DNA of 64,000 nt. Origin: Octopus vulgaris. Lineage: Eukaryota. The stretch spans positions 3,534,001 to 3,598,000 of the forward strand of contig OX597831.1 of the NCBI GenBank assembly GCA_951406725.2, read 5' to 3'. This document shows, one piece after another, positions 24,556-38,005 of the stretch (its first letter is position 1; the number at the start of each line of letters is the position of its first letter). The notes beneath the pieces were generated by a model that had not been told where the DNA came from, searched no databases, and saw nothing but the letters and a program-made list of their open reading frames with translations. The position numbers and the translations under genes are program-made.

Positions 24556-25111
24556 ATATATGAATGTATGTATTTGGTCTTTGTGTGTGGATCTTAGAAA
24601 TGTTCCTTTAGTTCCTGCTCGCATTGCCTCCGCTCAAATTAAGAAGTGGTATATATATATACACATATACATACACACACATTGTTTCAGTGTTCTCAAC
24701 TGTAAAGAGTCTTGCGTAGTGGATTTCAGCTGTCAAATCCTGGATGAGCCACTGGGTCAAATTTGAGCAGACCCAGAAGTATATCTATGGTGGTCCACGA
24801 CCACATAGGTACCTAAAAAATGATGAGTGACAGCATGGCAAGAGTTACCAGGCCATACTAGTCTGCAAGCGATGGCTCATGTTACTACTGTACTTATAGA
24901 GATGAGTTAGACTCTTCAGCAAGAAATACATCCGTGATAGACCAGTGCCGCCCTATTTGTGGTGAGCTGTATCACCTTTCTGTTTGCTGTTATGGGGGAC
25001 ATAGAATCTGAGTGGGTTTGAAATGCGGAAAAAAAGAAAGTGAAAGAGAGGAATAGAGAGAGTATTTAAATACATATGCATTTATATATATGTATGTGTG
25101 TGTGTGTGTAT

Positions 25112-25143
<32 letters not shown>

Positions 25144-25161
25144 GTGTGTGCATGTGTATGT

Positions 25162-25201
<40 letters not shown>

Positions 25202-26328
25202 GTGTGTGTGTGTGCATGTGTATGTGTAAATATATATATATATACCTATATATCTATATCTATATATATATATATGTGTATATATATATGTGTGTGTGTA
25301 TATATACAGATATATATATATATATGTATGTATACACATACATACATGCATACACATACATATACATACATATATAAATAGAGAGTAAATGAAAGAGAGA
25401 GAATAAGAGAGAGAGAAAAGTAAGAGTAAGAGAGATGAGAATAATAAGAGTAAGAGAGTGAGAAAGTGAAGTGGGGAGAGAGAGAGAGAGAGAGAGAGAA
25501 TGAGAGAGAAATGAAGTGTATGTGAGTGTTGTTGATAGGTTTACCTGTCTCAGCTCTGTAATTTAGCGTGATGGAAATTCGAAAGAGGAGGATGTGAGCA
25601 TGTGAACTGCAGAATCTGGAAAGCAGCAACTGTCTTCAATAATTGCACCTCTTGTGCAATAAAAACCCGCAATGAAGATTCCCTATTGCATTTGCTCATG
25701 GCAGTTTATGATGGGGAAGCATTTATGATAACAGGAATGATGGATCTAAAGTTTGGGATGGATATATTCAGAAGCCATAGAAACGGCAGGTAGAGTTTAG
25801 GATCGTTTGCAAGACATTACCAGAAAAGAATAATGGGCACCAGATATGGTGTCCGCTCTGTATGAGACCGTTGTTATTCCATATCTGCAAATTGGGTTGA
25901 ATGGCATCGGATGATGGGGGGGGGGGGGAAAGGAAGTGATAAAACAAAGTAACAATACGAAAGGGGAAAAAGAGAAATATGAAAGCAAAGAAAATGCAAT
26001 GAAAATGTTTTGGGTTCAGTTCTTGGTGTAGGCAGCATTTTGTGTTCTTGAAAGATAGGGTCCGTGGACAGAAATGTGGTAGTGTGGGTGGGGTGGATAG
26101 GGAGAGGGAGATAGAAGGGGGGAGAGGAAGAGAGAGAAATAGGAGAGAGAGGAAGAGAGAGAAATAGGAGAGAGAGGGAAAGAAGGAGAAAGATAGAAGG
26201 CAAGAGAGAGAGAGAGAGAGCAGGAGAGAGAAGGAGAGAGGGAGGGAGAGAGAAGAAAGAGGGAGAGAGGGAGAGAAAGAAAGAGACAGAGACAGAGAGG
26301 GACAGAGAAGAAGAGAGAGAGAGTGGGT

Positions 26329-26360
<32 letters not shown>

Positions 26361-26557
26361 CGCGAAGGAGAAAGATAGAAGGCAAGAGGTAGAGAGAGGG
26401 AGAGAAGGAGAAAGATAGAAGATAAGAGGGAGAGAGAGAGAGGGACAGAGAAGGATAGAGGAAAAGAGGGAGAGGGGAGAGAAAAGGATAGAGGGAGGGA
26501 GGGAAAGAAAGAGACAGAGACAGAGAGAGACAGAGAAAAAGAGAGAGAGGAAGGAAT

Positions 26558-26614
<57 letters not shown>

Positions 26615-27552
26615 TTTGAAGAAGGGCCAAGTGAATTTAAATGTCTAGTTACTGTGGGTTTGGAGATTGTTTGGTTGTTATTCTAAATGTCATGAAGGTA
26701 CTTGAGGAAGGAATCCCCTGAACAAGGTGCGATGCTTCAACCATGTGAAAGGAATTCCAGAATTTACTCTTGAAACAAAAGTGCAAAACAGGTTGCAGTA
26801 TCATTGAAATGGTCAGTGGGGGTGGGGGTGGGGGGAATGGACATAGGATGATGGTGAGGAGGAAGAAGGAAGAGAGGGGGAAGAGATGAAGAGAAGAAGG
26901 AAGAGAGGAGGAGGAGGAGGAGGACAAGAGAAGGCGGAGAAAGACAAAGGGAGGAAGAATCAAGAAAAAGAAGGAAAAGGAGAAGGAGGAGGAAGAGGAA
27001 GGAAGGAGGAGGAAGAAGGGAAGAAGGGAAGAAGAGCAGGAGAATGGGAGAAGGAAGAGAAAGAAGAGAAAGTGCAGGAGAAGGGGAGAGGAGGAGAAGG
27101 AGGAGGAAGAGTAGGGAAAGGGGAGGAGAAAAAGAGAAAGAGTAGGAGAAGAAAGAGAAAGGAGGAGAAGGAAAATGGCAGAAGAGGACATTTACTAGGC
27201 ATTGACATCTCTTAAGGACAAAAGAAAAATCTTTAGAATATTTATGTAGCAACACCATTTCTACAGCTGACAATTTGTTTCACCTTTTATCTTTGTCATG
27301 TGAGCTATTTTAACCAAACCAGGGATTTTGGCCATTCAAAGAGTTTAGCCAATCAGAAACTTGCTAGACTGAGAGCCATCCTCTTAGGCATTGATAAAGA
27401 AGTTAAATTTTTCACAGACTTCCATCCAGATCTCACTTCATTCATTCATTTGATACCAGACGAATTATTAGCAGAATTTTCCAGAGTCGTTGCCCAAAGA
27501 CATTGAGTTAGAAATGACACAGAACAAAATTGATTCTTTTTTTTCAACTCTC

Positions 27553-27760
27553 TCTTTTACTCTTTTACTTGTTTCAGTCATTTGACTGCTGCCATCCTGG
27601 AGCACCGCTTTTAGTCGAGCAAATCGACCCCGGGACTTATTCTTTGTAAGCCCAGTACTTATTCTATCGGTCTCTTTGGCCGAACCGCTAAGTGACGGGG
27701 ATGTAAACACACCAGCATCAGTTGTCAAGCAATGCTAGGGGGACAAACACAGACGCACAA

Positions 27761-27823
<63 letters not shown>

Positions 27824-27989
27824 TACGACAGGCTTCTTTCAGTTTCCGTCTACCAAATCCACTCACAAGACATTGGTTGGCCCGGGGCTATAGCAGAAGA
27901 CACTTGCCCAAGATGCCATGCAGTGGGACTGAACCCGGAACCATGTGGTTGGTTAGCAAGCTACTTACCACACAGCCACTCCTGCGCCT
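27553..27989 (-). mobile_element. Family A SINE, full length
   Basis: Near-identical to 22508-22926 and 47750-48156. Confidence 0.88.
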
Positions 27990-28682
27990 ATACTGTCTCA
28001 AATCATATAATTTAAGCTGAATGAGAAATCTTTGGCACTATTTATTTTGAAAAAGTTTGAAAAAAGTACATTAACTTCTCTTTCTTCTATTTTGGTGCCA
28101 TGGTCTGCTAGCATGCATGAAAATGAAACTGTTCTCATCTACGACACATTGTTTAATTGATTTTGTAAAACAACATTATCTGAATGATTTGGTGAAACAT
28201 GGATGTGTGACATGGTCTCTACGGCTGGATGCTCTTCCTAATGCCAGCCACTTTTTACATGCTTTTTACATGTCATTTACTTTTTATGTGCATTTACTCA
28301 GCACTGGCTCAGGTGCTTTAACACAGCACTGGCATGAGTGCTTTTTAAGTGGCACTGGCACCTGAAAGAACAAGCCTGTATGTGTGAAAGACATAATTTT
28401 TTCTTAGCTTGATGCATCTTATCATGTACAGCAAATCACCACATCTCCTGGTGCCTTGTCATTTCCTCAGTGAAGTCCATTGTCTGAAGATTCTTTCTCA
28501 CTACTCTGTCCTATGTGTCTGTGAGTATTTTTGTATCTGTGTTTGTCCTCCTGCCACCTCTACTTCACAACCATTGTTTTGATTTCTTTACAACCCTGTA
28601 ACTTAGTAAGTTCTCCCCCCCCCCACCACCAAATAAAAAAGATTGATAGAATAAGTCCCAGATTAAAAAAAAAGTATAGGTA

Positions 28683-28823
28683 CAGGCATGGCTATGTGGT
28701 AAGAAGCTTGCTTCCTTCCTAACCACATGGTTCTGGGTTCAGTCTTGCTGCATGGCACCTTGGGCAAGTATCTTCTACTATAGCCTTGACAATGGATTTG
28801 GTAGACTGAAACTGAAAGACGTC

Positions 28824-28894
<71 letters not shown>

Positions 28895-29555
28895 CATATA
28901 TATATATATATATATCAAGTAAAGGTAATAAATCTCATTAAGGGTTGATAAATTCAATGAAAATACTGGTTAGTTATCAATCTATAGATGGATCAACTAT
29001 AAGGTAACCATATGAACCGTGGTCTGTATATATATATATTTAAAGAATGAGGCGAAAATGAGGAGATAATTTATAAAATTATTTATTAATTATAAAATAG
29101 GACAACATCACTGACAGCTGTTTCGATTTAGAAATCTTTGGATAATTAATTTATAACACTAAAATCATTATAAGATGAATATGAAGAGATAATGACTTTA
29201 ATTTTATAAATTAATTATCTAAAGATTTCTGAATTGAAACAGCTGTCAGAGATGTTGTCATAATTTATAATTGATAAATAATTTTATTAATTACCTCTCC
29301 ATTTTCTCCTTATTCTTTATGTGTGTGTGTGTGTGTGTTTGTATCTGCGTTTGTCCCCCACTATTGCTTAACAATTGGTGTTGGAACGTTTATGTCCCCA
29401 TAACTTTGTGGTTTGGCAAAAGAGATCAATAGAATAAATAGCAGACTTAAATGAAAAAAAAGTAGTGGAGTTGATTCATTCAAGTAAAAATCCTCCAAGG
29501 TGGTGCTCCAGCATAGCCATAGCCTAATGACTGAAACAAGTGAGACATAAAAGAT
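28683..29555 (+). mobile_element. Family A SINE interrupted in its internal (TA)n
   Basis: Head 28683-28830 and tail 29320-29555, with foreign inserts 28916-29026 and 29041-29319 inside the microsatellite. Confidence 0.75.
29041..29319. repeat. Inverted repeat (~115-130-bp arms) carrying hammerhead 3' halves
   Basis: Arms 29041-29170 and 29190-29319. GAAACAGCTGTC at 29236-29247 (+) and its complement at 29113-29124. Confidence 0.88.
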
Positions 29556-29659
29556 ATTGGGGTTGATTTATTTGATTAAACCCTTCAGGGAAGTGCTGCA
29601 GCATGGCCACAGTCAGATGACAGTCACAAATAAAAAAGAAAGAAAAGAAAGAAAGGAGA

Positions 29660-29900
29660 AAGGCAGCAAGCTGGCAGAAATGTTAGCACGCTGGGCGAAA
29701 TGCTTAGCGGTATTTCATCTGCTGTTACGTTCTGAGTTCAAATTCCGCCGAGGTCAACTTTGCCTTCCATCCTTTTGCGGGGGTCAATAAATTAAGTACC
29801 AGTTATGCACTGGAGTCGATGTAATCAACTTAATCCCTTTGTCTGTCCTTGTTTGTCCCCTCTATGTTTAGCCCCTTGTGGGCAATAAAGAAATAAGAAA
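29660..29900 (+). mobile_element. Family B SINE monomer
   Basis: Full head (GCTGGCAGAAATGTTAGCAC), core and tail. Confidence 0.85.
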
Positions 29901-29921
29901 GGAGAAATCTCAGGTAATATT

Positions 29922-30535
29922 ATCTAAGAGGCATCAGATGTGGGGTGCAAGAGAGACAAATGCACTGGTATGGTCATGTGATGCACATGGACAAGGACTG
30001 CTGTGTGAAGAAGTGCTGATCCCTAACTGTGGAGGGATCCTGTGGAAGAGGTAGACTCAGGAAGACATTGGATCAAGTGGTGAAGCATGATCTTCAAATG
30101 CTGGGCCTCATGGAGGCAATGACAGGTAACTAAGACCTTTGGCAATATGCTGTGCTTGAGAAGCCTCATCAAGCTAATTGACCATTGCCAGTGGCATGTA
30201 AATGGCACCCATGAATTGTAGTTGTGGCTGTTGCTGGTGCCATATAAATGGCACCTGTGGAATTGTAGTCATGGCCATTGCTAGTGTCATGTAAATGGTA
30301 ACCAAGAAATCGTTGTCACAGCTGTTGCCAGTGTCATGTGAATGGCAGCCATGCCAGTGACACATAAAAAACACCCATAACACTCTTGGAGTGGTTGGCA
30401 TTAGGAAGGGCATCCATCCATAGAAACCATGCGATATCAGACTGGAACCTGGTGCACCTCCTTAGCTTACCAGTTTTCAGTCAAACCGTCCAACCCATGC
30501 CAGCATGGAAAGCAGACGTTAATCGAGGATGATGA
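29922..30535 (+). mobile_element. RTE-clade LINE 3' end (ORF C-terminus plus repetitive 3' UTR)
   Basis: LRGIRCGVQERQMHWYGHVMHMDKDCCVKKC*SLTVEGSCGRGRLRKTLDQVVKHDL...DLW contains the W.GHV.R and GRGRP..W motifs, followed by the family R tail. Confidence 0.82.
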
Positions 30536-31070
30536 AAAGGGTGTGATTTAAGCGAGATTCGGTTGCTGTTTCTACCAAGCTCAATGACTACACAGTGGCC
30601 ACCCTTGTCAGTCCAACTAATCTTTTGTTTATTCACTTTAGTGGTGAACTGAAGAATTTCATACGTACATTATCCGTTAGTTTTCATAGCATCTTGTTTC
30701 ATCTGTCAACATCTTCTCTCAGCCAACTTCATTTCATCCAAGAATTACCACAGATCAATAATTCTTTCTATCTATTTCCATCTCACACACTTTAAATGTT
30801 TCATTTTGACATTTCTTATTCACTGTTTACCTGCTTACAAGGGATATCCACTAGATTGGAGCTTGTCATATCTACTGAAGAGAACAGCATAACACACACA
30901 CACGCACACGCACACACACACACACGCACACGCACACACACATGCACACGTACACACACGTGCATACACAGACGTACACAGAGCACTGTGCTGAACTCAA
31001 ATCATGTAATAAATGCATCAATATACAGAAAAACAACATACATATGCCCACTTACACTTATACATATGTA

Positions 31071-31115
<45 letters not shown>

Positions 31116-31185
31116 ATAAACATACATACCTATATATGTATATGTATACATATACGTACATACACATATACACACACATATATAA

Positions 31186-31340
<155 letters not shown>

Positions 31341-31639
31341 TATATATATTATATACATACACATACTTACATATATATATTATTTATATATACATATATA
31401 TATGTATGTATACACACACATATACATGTCTACATCTATCTATCCATTTATGTAATATATATATATATATGCATGTGTGTATGTGTGTGTGTATAAACCA
31501 AACCGTATGCATATACAAATATCAATACACATACACGCATAGTAATAGCTGTAAAGACATAGTATACACCAACTAATCTGTTCTACACGAACACAGTAAT
31601 AGAAAAAGCAAAAACAAAACAAAACAAAGCACTATACAC

Positions 31640-31682
<43 letters not shown>

Positions 31683-31860
31683 CATGTACACACACACACA
31701 CATACACATGTACACACAACACACTAAGTAGATAATGTATTCTCACCAATATTTTTGCATGAAAAATATAATGCCGACAACAACAGCAGCAACAATAACA
31801 ACAACAACATCAATAATATCAGGAATAATAACAATAATCATAATAAATAATAATGATAAC

Positions 31861-31898
<38 letters not shown>

Positions 31899-32056
31899 TA
31901 ATAATAATGATAATAAATATGAAAATCAATGGAGAAAATTGTAGAAGAGAACGCAAGACTATGCAGACCCATCAGCACATCAAAGATTATGAAATGTATA
32001 TATACATGCATATACATTCGTATATACATACATATATTTATATACATACACACACG

Positions 32057-32096
<40 letters not shown>

Positions 32097-32297
32097 TACA
32101 TACTTACATATATATGCATACATATATATATATATATTAATACATATAAATATATTTACAAATATATGTATGTGTGTGTTTATATGTATATATATGTGTG
32201 TGTGTATATATATTTTGTGTGATATATGTATGTGTGTGTATTTTCATATATATACATATGTATGAAATATATGTATGTATATACGAATGTATATGCA

Positions 32298-32355
<58 letters not shown>

Positions 32356-32374
32356 TGTATGTATATATATATAT

Positions 32375-32439
<65 letters not shown>

Positions 32440-32776
32440 TGTATATATGTATATGTATACACACACACACACATATGTGTGTATGTTTGTGTATATATAC
32501 ATATTTTTGCCTGACAGATTCAGGAAGAATTCCTGAAAAAAAAAAAAGAAAAGTTTCCTAACAATACAAAAGTGATCAAAGTAAGAGGAAGAAAAAATTA
32601 AATGGTATTCTCTAAGAAATGGATTTAGGAATTTTTGGCTATAAATCAAAGACAGTTCCATATTGTAGATTTTTACCAGGTTCCTGTTGTAGGTCTGCGA
32701 ATGTTTTTTTTTAATGTGCTTTTTTTTTTTAGTGATTCATTATAAGTTGTGTCTGGTTTTCATATTTTTTGTGTAA

Positions 32777-32843
<67 letters not shown>

Positions 32844-34094
32844 TGTGTGTGTGTTTCTATGAAGTTTTTGCTTGAACGTATAGGTTTTCTGTGGTTCTCT
32901 GTGTTTGGTTCTGTTACAGCTTAATATTCTTCTTCTTATATGGATGGTTTCATATTTTTTTCGGTGCTTCTTATGATGTTCTGAAGAGTTTGGAATTGTT
33001 TTGTTGCTATTTTATACGTTCCTTTTTTTATGGTTGCGTACACCTAGAAATGATTCTGTCAAGTGTGTGTATGTGTGTGTGTGTGTGTGTGAGCGTGTGT
33101 GCGTGCATGACTGCATGCATGTGTATGTGTGTGTGCATGTATGTGTGCATGTGTGTGTGTATGTGTGTGTATGTGTGTGAGTGTGTGTGTGGTATGTGTG
33201 TGTGTGAGTGTGTGTGTGCGTGCATGACTGCATGCATGTGTGCATGTGTGTGCATGTATGTGTGCATGTGTGTGTATGTGTGTGTGTAGTATGTGTGTGT
33301 CTGTGTGTGTGTGTGTGTGGTGTGTGTATGTGTGTGTGTGCGTGTGTGTGTATGTGTGTGTGTGCGTGCGTGTGTGTGTGTGTGTGTGGTGTGTGGTGTG
33401 TGTGTGTGTGTGTATGTGATTTTCTCTGGTGATTTTACTGTAGTTCTGAAATAATATTGTTGTTGTTGTTTCGGTTATTGTTGGAGAGTTCCAAGCAGCC
33501 TTGACCTCATCTTCCTGGAAAGAAGGGAAGAAAGGATTCACTATATTAAATATGCAAACCCCTACAGTATGCCTATTTGGTATGCAGAACGCTCCCCCTG
33601 GTTTCTTTACACTCAGCCTTATTGTTGGTATTCATAATCAGTGTCACAGCATTCTCTCTTCTCTTCTCTCTCTCTCACTCTTTCCTTCTAGGTGCAGGCA
33701 TGGTGCTGCCCCCTCCAACTGCAGCTTTTCCTTCATTCCAGTAACCTTACTCACAGCATGCAACCATTTCACTTAATATCTACCCTTCATCCTTATACTG
33801 TCCTCTCCACCTGCATTTTACATTGATCACTCCACTGATCCACAAAGTTATCTCTCCTTCTCCACCACCCTGTCTCTCACTTTCCCCACACTTTCCCCAC
33901 ACTCTATGCTTACTTCTTACTCCCACCCACACTCTGGCAACAACATTTTCTCTCTTTCTCTTTCTATCTCTCTCTCCCACTCTCTTTCCATATCTACTGC
34001 ATCGGCATTAGTATTCTCCTACTCTTCACTCTGCTGCCTCATTTGACACTCCAGTTGTATCCACCCCTTCAGCACTTGCTCCTCATTCGTTATA

Positions 34095-34165
34095 TTCATA
34101 CCCTCTTCATCCATTTCCCATCTATCACACTGTGATAGATGGGGAATGGATGAAGCGCGTATGAA
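34095..34165. repeat. Short near-perfect palindrome (35-bp arms, 1-nt centre)
   Basis: TTCATACCCTCTTCATCCATTTCCCATCTATCACA-C-TGTGATAGATGGGGAATGGATGAAGCGCGTATGAA. Confidence 0.85.
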
Positions 34166-34661
34166 CTTAATGCAACCTCTACCTACTTATACTCCCGCTT
34201 CCTCACTTCTTTATCACTTCTACTCACCTCATACACCGAGGGTCCATCCTGGGTCTATTATCTCTTCCTGACTCCACCTCCACACATCCCCACCTTCTGC
34301 TTTACAATATGAGTGACCGTGCAGCTTCTCTATGACAAACAACCTGTTCTACTCTGATCCCTTTTCATATACTTTAACTCCTTGTCTCCTAGCATAAAAC
34401 CTGCATCACTTGGGGTCCATAGTCTTGCAAACTGCATGGTGACCTCACTAGTGATGGAGCTACAGAAAAAAGCACCCAGTATACACTGCAAAGTTGTTGA
34501 CATTACAAAGGGCTTCTAACCATAGAAACCATGCCAGAGCAGACATTGGAGTACAATGCAATCCTTGGACCCACTTGATCCAGCCAAACCATCCAACCCA
34601 TGCTCATATAGAGCATGGATGTTGAATGACAATGATGAGAATAATGATTATGATGATAATG

Positions 34662-34708
<47 letters not shown>

Positions 34709-34714
34709 TGTGTG

Positions 34715-34988
34715 AGGTCGACTTTGCCTTTCATCCTTTCAGGGTCGATTAAGAAGGCGGTGAGGTGGAAGAAGCGTTAGCATGCCGGGCGAAATGCTTA
34801 GTGGTATTTTGTCTGCTGTTAAGTTCTGAGTTCAAATTCCACCGAGGTCGACTTTGTCTTTCATCCTTTCGGGGTCGATGAATTAAGTACCAGTTATGCA
34901 CTGGGGTCGATGTAATCGACTAAATCCCTTTGTCTGTCCTTGTTTGTCCCTTCTATGTTTAGCCTCTTGTGGGTAGTAAAGAAATAAG
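34715..34988 (+). mobile_element. Family B SINE with a short upstream core duplication
   Basis: Core fragment 34715-34752 precedes a full monomer. Confidence 0.8.
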
Positions 34989-35179
34989 TAATTGGTATTC
35001 TGTCGGTTACGAGGATGAGGGTTCCGGTTGATCTGATCAACAGAATAAACCTCCTCCCCCCCTTCCTCCTCCCCCCTTCATCCTCCCCCTCCCTCCCCCC
35101 TTCATCCTCCCCCTCCCTCCTCCCTTTTCCTGCCCCTCCCTCCTCCCTTTTCCTGCCCCCTCCTCCACTGGCCACGATT

Positions 35180-35600
35180 TCACTTACCTTGACATGTTTT
35201 CTCAAGCACAGCAAATTGCTAGAAGTCTCAGCCACTTGTCGTTGCCTCTGCGAGACTCAACAACCAAAGATTACATTTCACCACCTTGACCCATATCTTC
35301 CAGGTTCCCTCCACAGTTAGATAGAGATTGGTAACTTCTTTACGCAGCTGTCCTCATCCATATGCTGCACATGACCCTACCGACACAGTCATCTCTCTTG
35401 CACACTACATCTCAATGCCTTTCATACTCAATTTTTCTCTTAAAACACATATACTCTATTGTACATGCACACTGACATTACCCATCCAGTGGAGCATGCT
35501 GGCTTCATTTCTTTCAAGCCTTTGCATATCCCCTGTAGTCACAGCCCATATTTCACTGCCATGTAGCATTGCTGTTCATGCACAAGCATGGCTGTTCATA
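35180..35600 (-). mobile_element. RTE-clade LINE ORF C-terminal remnant
   Basis: Reverse complement is homologous to 29922-30170 (..LREKL..RCSVQER...GHVQHMDEDSCVKK..). Confidence 0.7.
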
Positions 35601-35892
35601 TGCAAGCATGTGTATGAGCCGCCAATAATAAAATAAACAGCACTCGTAAACTGATTATGTATCTAATCTTTAGGAAAGGAGATTTTATTCTATGTGTACC
35701 GTTTTAAACTTTTATAGCAATCTACAGCAGTGCATGGAAGAAGATGCTAAGAATCATCTGACGCAGCATCGGATTTTAAAAAGTGTTATTATATAATAAA
35801 TGTGTATTATAAATGATTTGATATAGAGTTGGGTGTACATTAGCACCAGTGAGAAGCATTAAAAATACTCAGGTTTTCTAAACGTGACTGGT

Positions 35893-36051
35893 GCAGGCAT
35901 GGCTGTGTGGTGAGAAATTTGCTTCCCAGCCACATGGTTTTGGGTTCAGTCCCACTGCATGGCACCTTGGGCAAATGTGTTCTACTATAGCCATAGGCTG
36001 ATCAAAACCTTGTGATTGGACTTGGTAGACAGAAACTGAAAAAAGCTTCTC

Positions 36052-36082
<31 letters not shown>

Positions 36083-36250
36083 GGCGCAGGAGTGGCTGTG
36101 TGGTAAGTAGCTTGCTTACCAACCACATGGTTCTGGGTTCAGTCCCACTGCGTGACACCTTGGGCAAGTGTCTTCTACTATAGCCTTAAGCCGACCAAAG
36201 CCTTGTGAGCGGATTTGGTAGATGGAAACTGAAAGAAGCCTGTCATAGAT

Positions 36251-36318
<68 letters not shown>

Positions 36319-36502
36319 GTGCATATGTTTATGTGTCTGTGTTTGTCCCCCCAACAATGCTTGACAACTGATGCCGGTGTGTTTACGTCCCCATAACCTA
36401 GCGGTTCGGCAAAAGAGACCGATAGAATAAGTACTAGGCTTACAAAGAATAAGTCCTGGGGTCAATTTGCTTGACTAAAGGCAGTGCCCCAGCATGGCCA
36501 CA
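35893..36502 (+). mobile_element. Family A SINE head followed by a near-full-length family A SINE
   Basis: Head 35893-36055, (TA)n, then copy 36082-36502. Confidence 0.82.
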
Positions 36503-36974
36503 GATTTACACACTGTTTCTGTTCCCCAAATTGATGGTTATAGTAACTGACACATGTCATATGCCTACAAGGCCATTCAGTGGAATCAAACCTGTGATCT
36601 CATGATTGAAAAGCAAAGTCTTTGACCATTGAGCCATGTTGTCTCTATCATAAGATCAAACTGACTCAGCCTCACATGATACTGATCTCTCATCTGTCTC
36701 TATATTCCACAGTATTTTATAGTCCTTCTCAGTTACATTCAGTGTTATCTCTTGACTGATGTCTTAGTGAGATGACTAATACAATTTTCAATTGTTTCAC
36801 TGAGTCCAAAGCAAGGTGTCACTAATCAGCTCCTCTTTACTTCGCCAGTGGTGTCCAGAAACATGAACCTTTCTTGGTTGTGAAGAAGTGTTGTGGCTCC
36901 TGCAGCCATATCTCATATTAGGATGAAGTCATCAACATTATGTGTTTTTAATAATAATAATAATAATAATAATG

Positions 36975-37050
<76 letters not shown>

Positions 37051-37055
37051 TAATA

Positions 37056-37581
37056 TCATAGCTTCTGATCTTAACTGATTGGAAGTGTTATCATGTACAT
37101 TGTTTTGTCTTGGTATAAAAGATGGGCTACAGCAAATATTCTGCTCAATACCACAGATTTGCTTGTCAGTTGTTTGACCATAACCAGTTGAGCATGTCCC
37201 TTAGTGGCTGACGATATGTGCATCTCTGATCACGAGTAGAAGTAGTGGGGGAGCATCATAGCCATGTGTTGAGAGGGATTCTTTGGGGTTTGAATAATTC
37301 ACCTCTGGAAACATGGGTGGTTCTTTCAACATCCTTAAACAATCCTTATTCAGGGACCTTTTGAGCAGGATGGGCTACTCATCCTGAAGAAAATTCTAAC
37401 TAGGCCCCACCTGCAAGGTCATGTGCTGTTTATCTTGATATGAGATCACCATGTCGCGCACATATGGTTGTGATGCATGTGCCTGGTGTACCCTTATCAG
37501 ACGGGTAGTCATGATGGGTATATTGGGCTTCGTATATTTTACCCCAGTGTCACTTTGATGGCATGAACTGCTCTCTCACTC
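37056..37581 (+). mobile_element. (TAA)n-embedded non-coding element, copy 2 (complete 3' end)
   Basis: Homologous to 456-751 and bounded by long (TAA)n arrays. No Pol III A/B boxes or credible ORF seen. Confidence 0.78.
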
Positions 37582-37603
37582 AATAATAATAATAATAATA
37601 ATG

Positions 37604-37629
<26 letters not shown>

Positions 37630-37646
<17 letters not shown>

Positions 37647-38005
37647 AATTATTGTATACAGTGCTCAGGTGCACCACAATTTGTCAAAAGTGCATATAAA
37701 GCATATGCAGTAATGTACAAATGTCTGGGAAGTAAACAGTGTATGAGCCAGATACATGCTTGCGTGTGTATGGAGGGGAGAAAATCAGGTGTAGTGTTGG
37801 CGAATCTCAGGAAGCATGGAAGTTTTGAAGGATGCAGTGCTCCGACAACTAACAACTGATGCCGGCAGTTTGTTCCATACTCCAGGAACTCTTAGCGTGA
37901 AAAAATGTTTCCGAAAGTCATGGGAGCTGTGCTGTTTTCTGACTTTGCAAACATGTCCACGGGTGTTAGACAGGTGGAGTTTGAAAAGGTTCTCTGAGTT
38001 ATTGT
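37630..38005 (-). mobile_element. CR1-clade LINE 3' end
   Basis: SENLFKLHLSNTRGHVCKVRKQHSSHDFRKHFFTLRVPGVWNKLPASVVSCRSTASFKTSML, then a 3' UTR and an (ATT)n tail. Confidence 0.85.

Noticed and set aside
25525-25640. Possible RTE RT fragment (VDRFTCLSSVI..DG..RIWKAATVF)
   Set aside because: The similarity is short and frameshifted, suggestive only.
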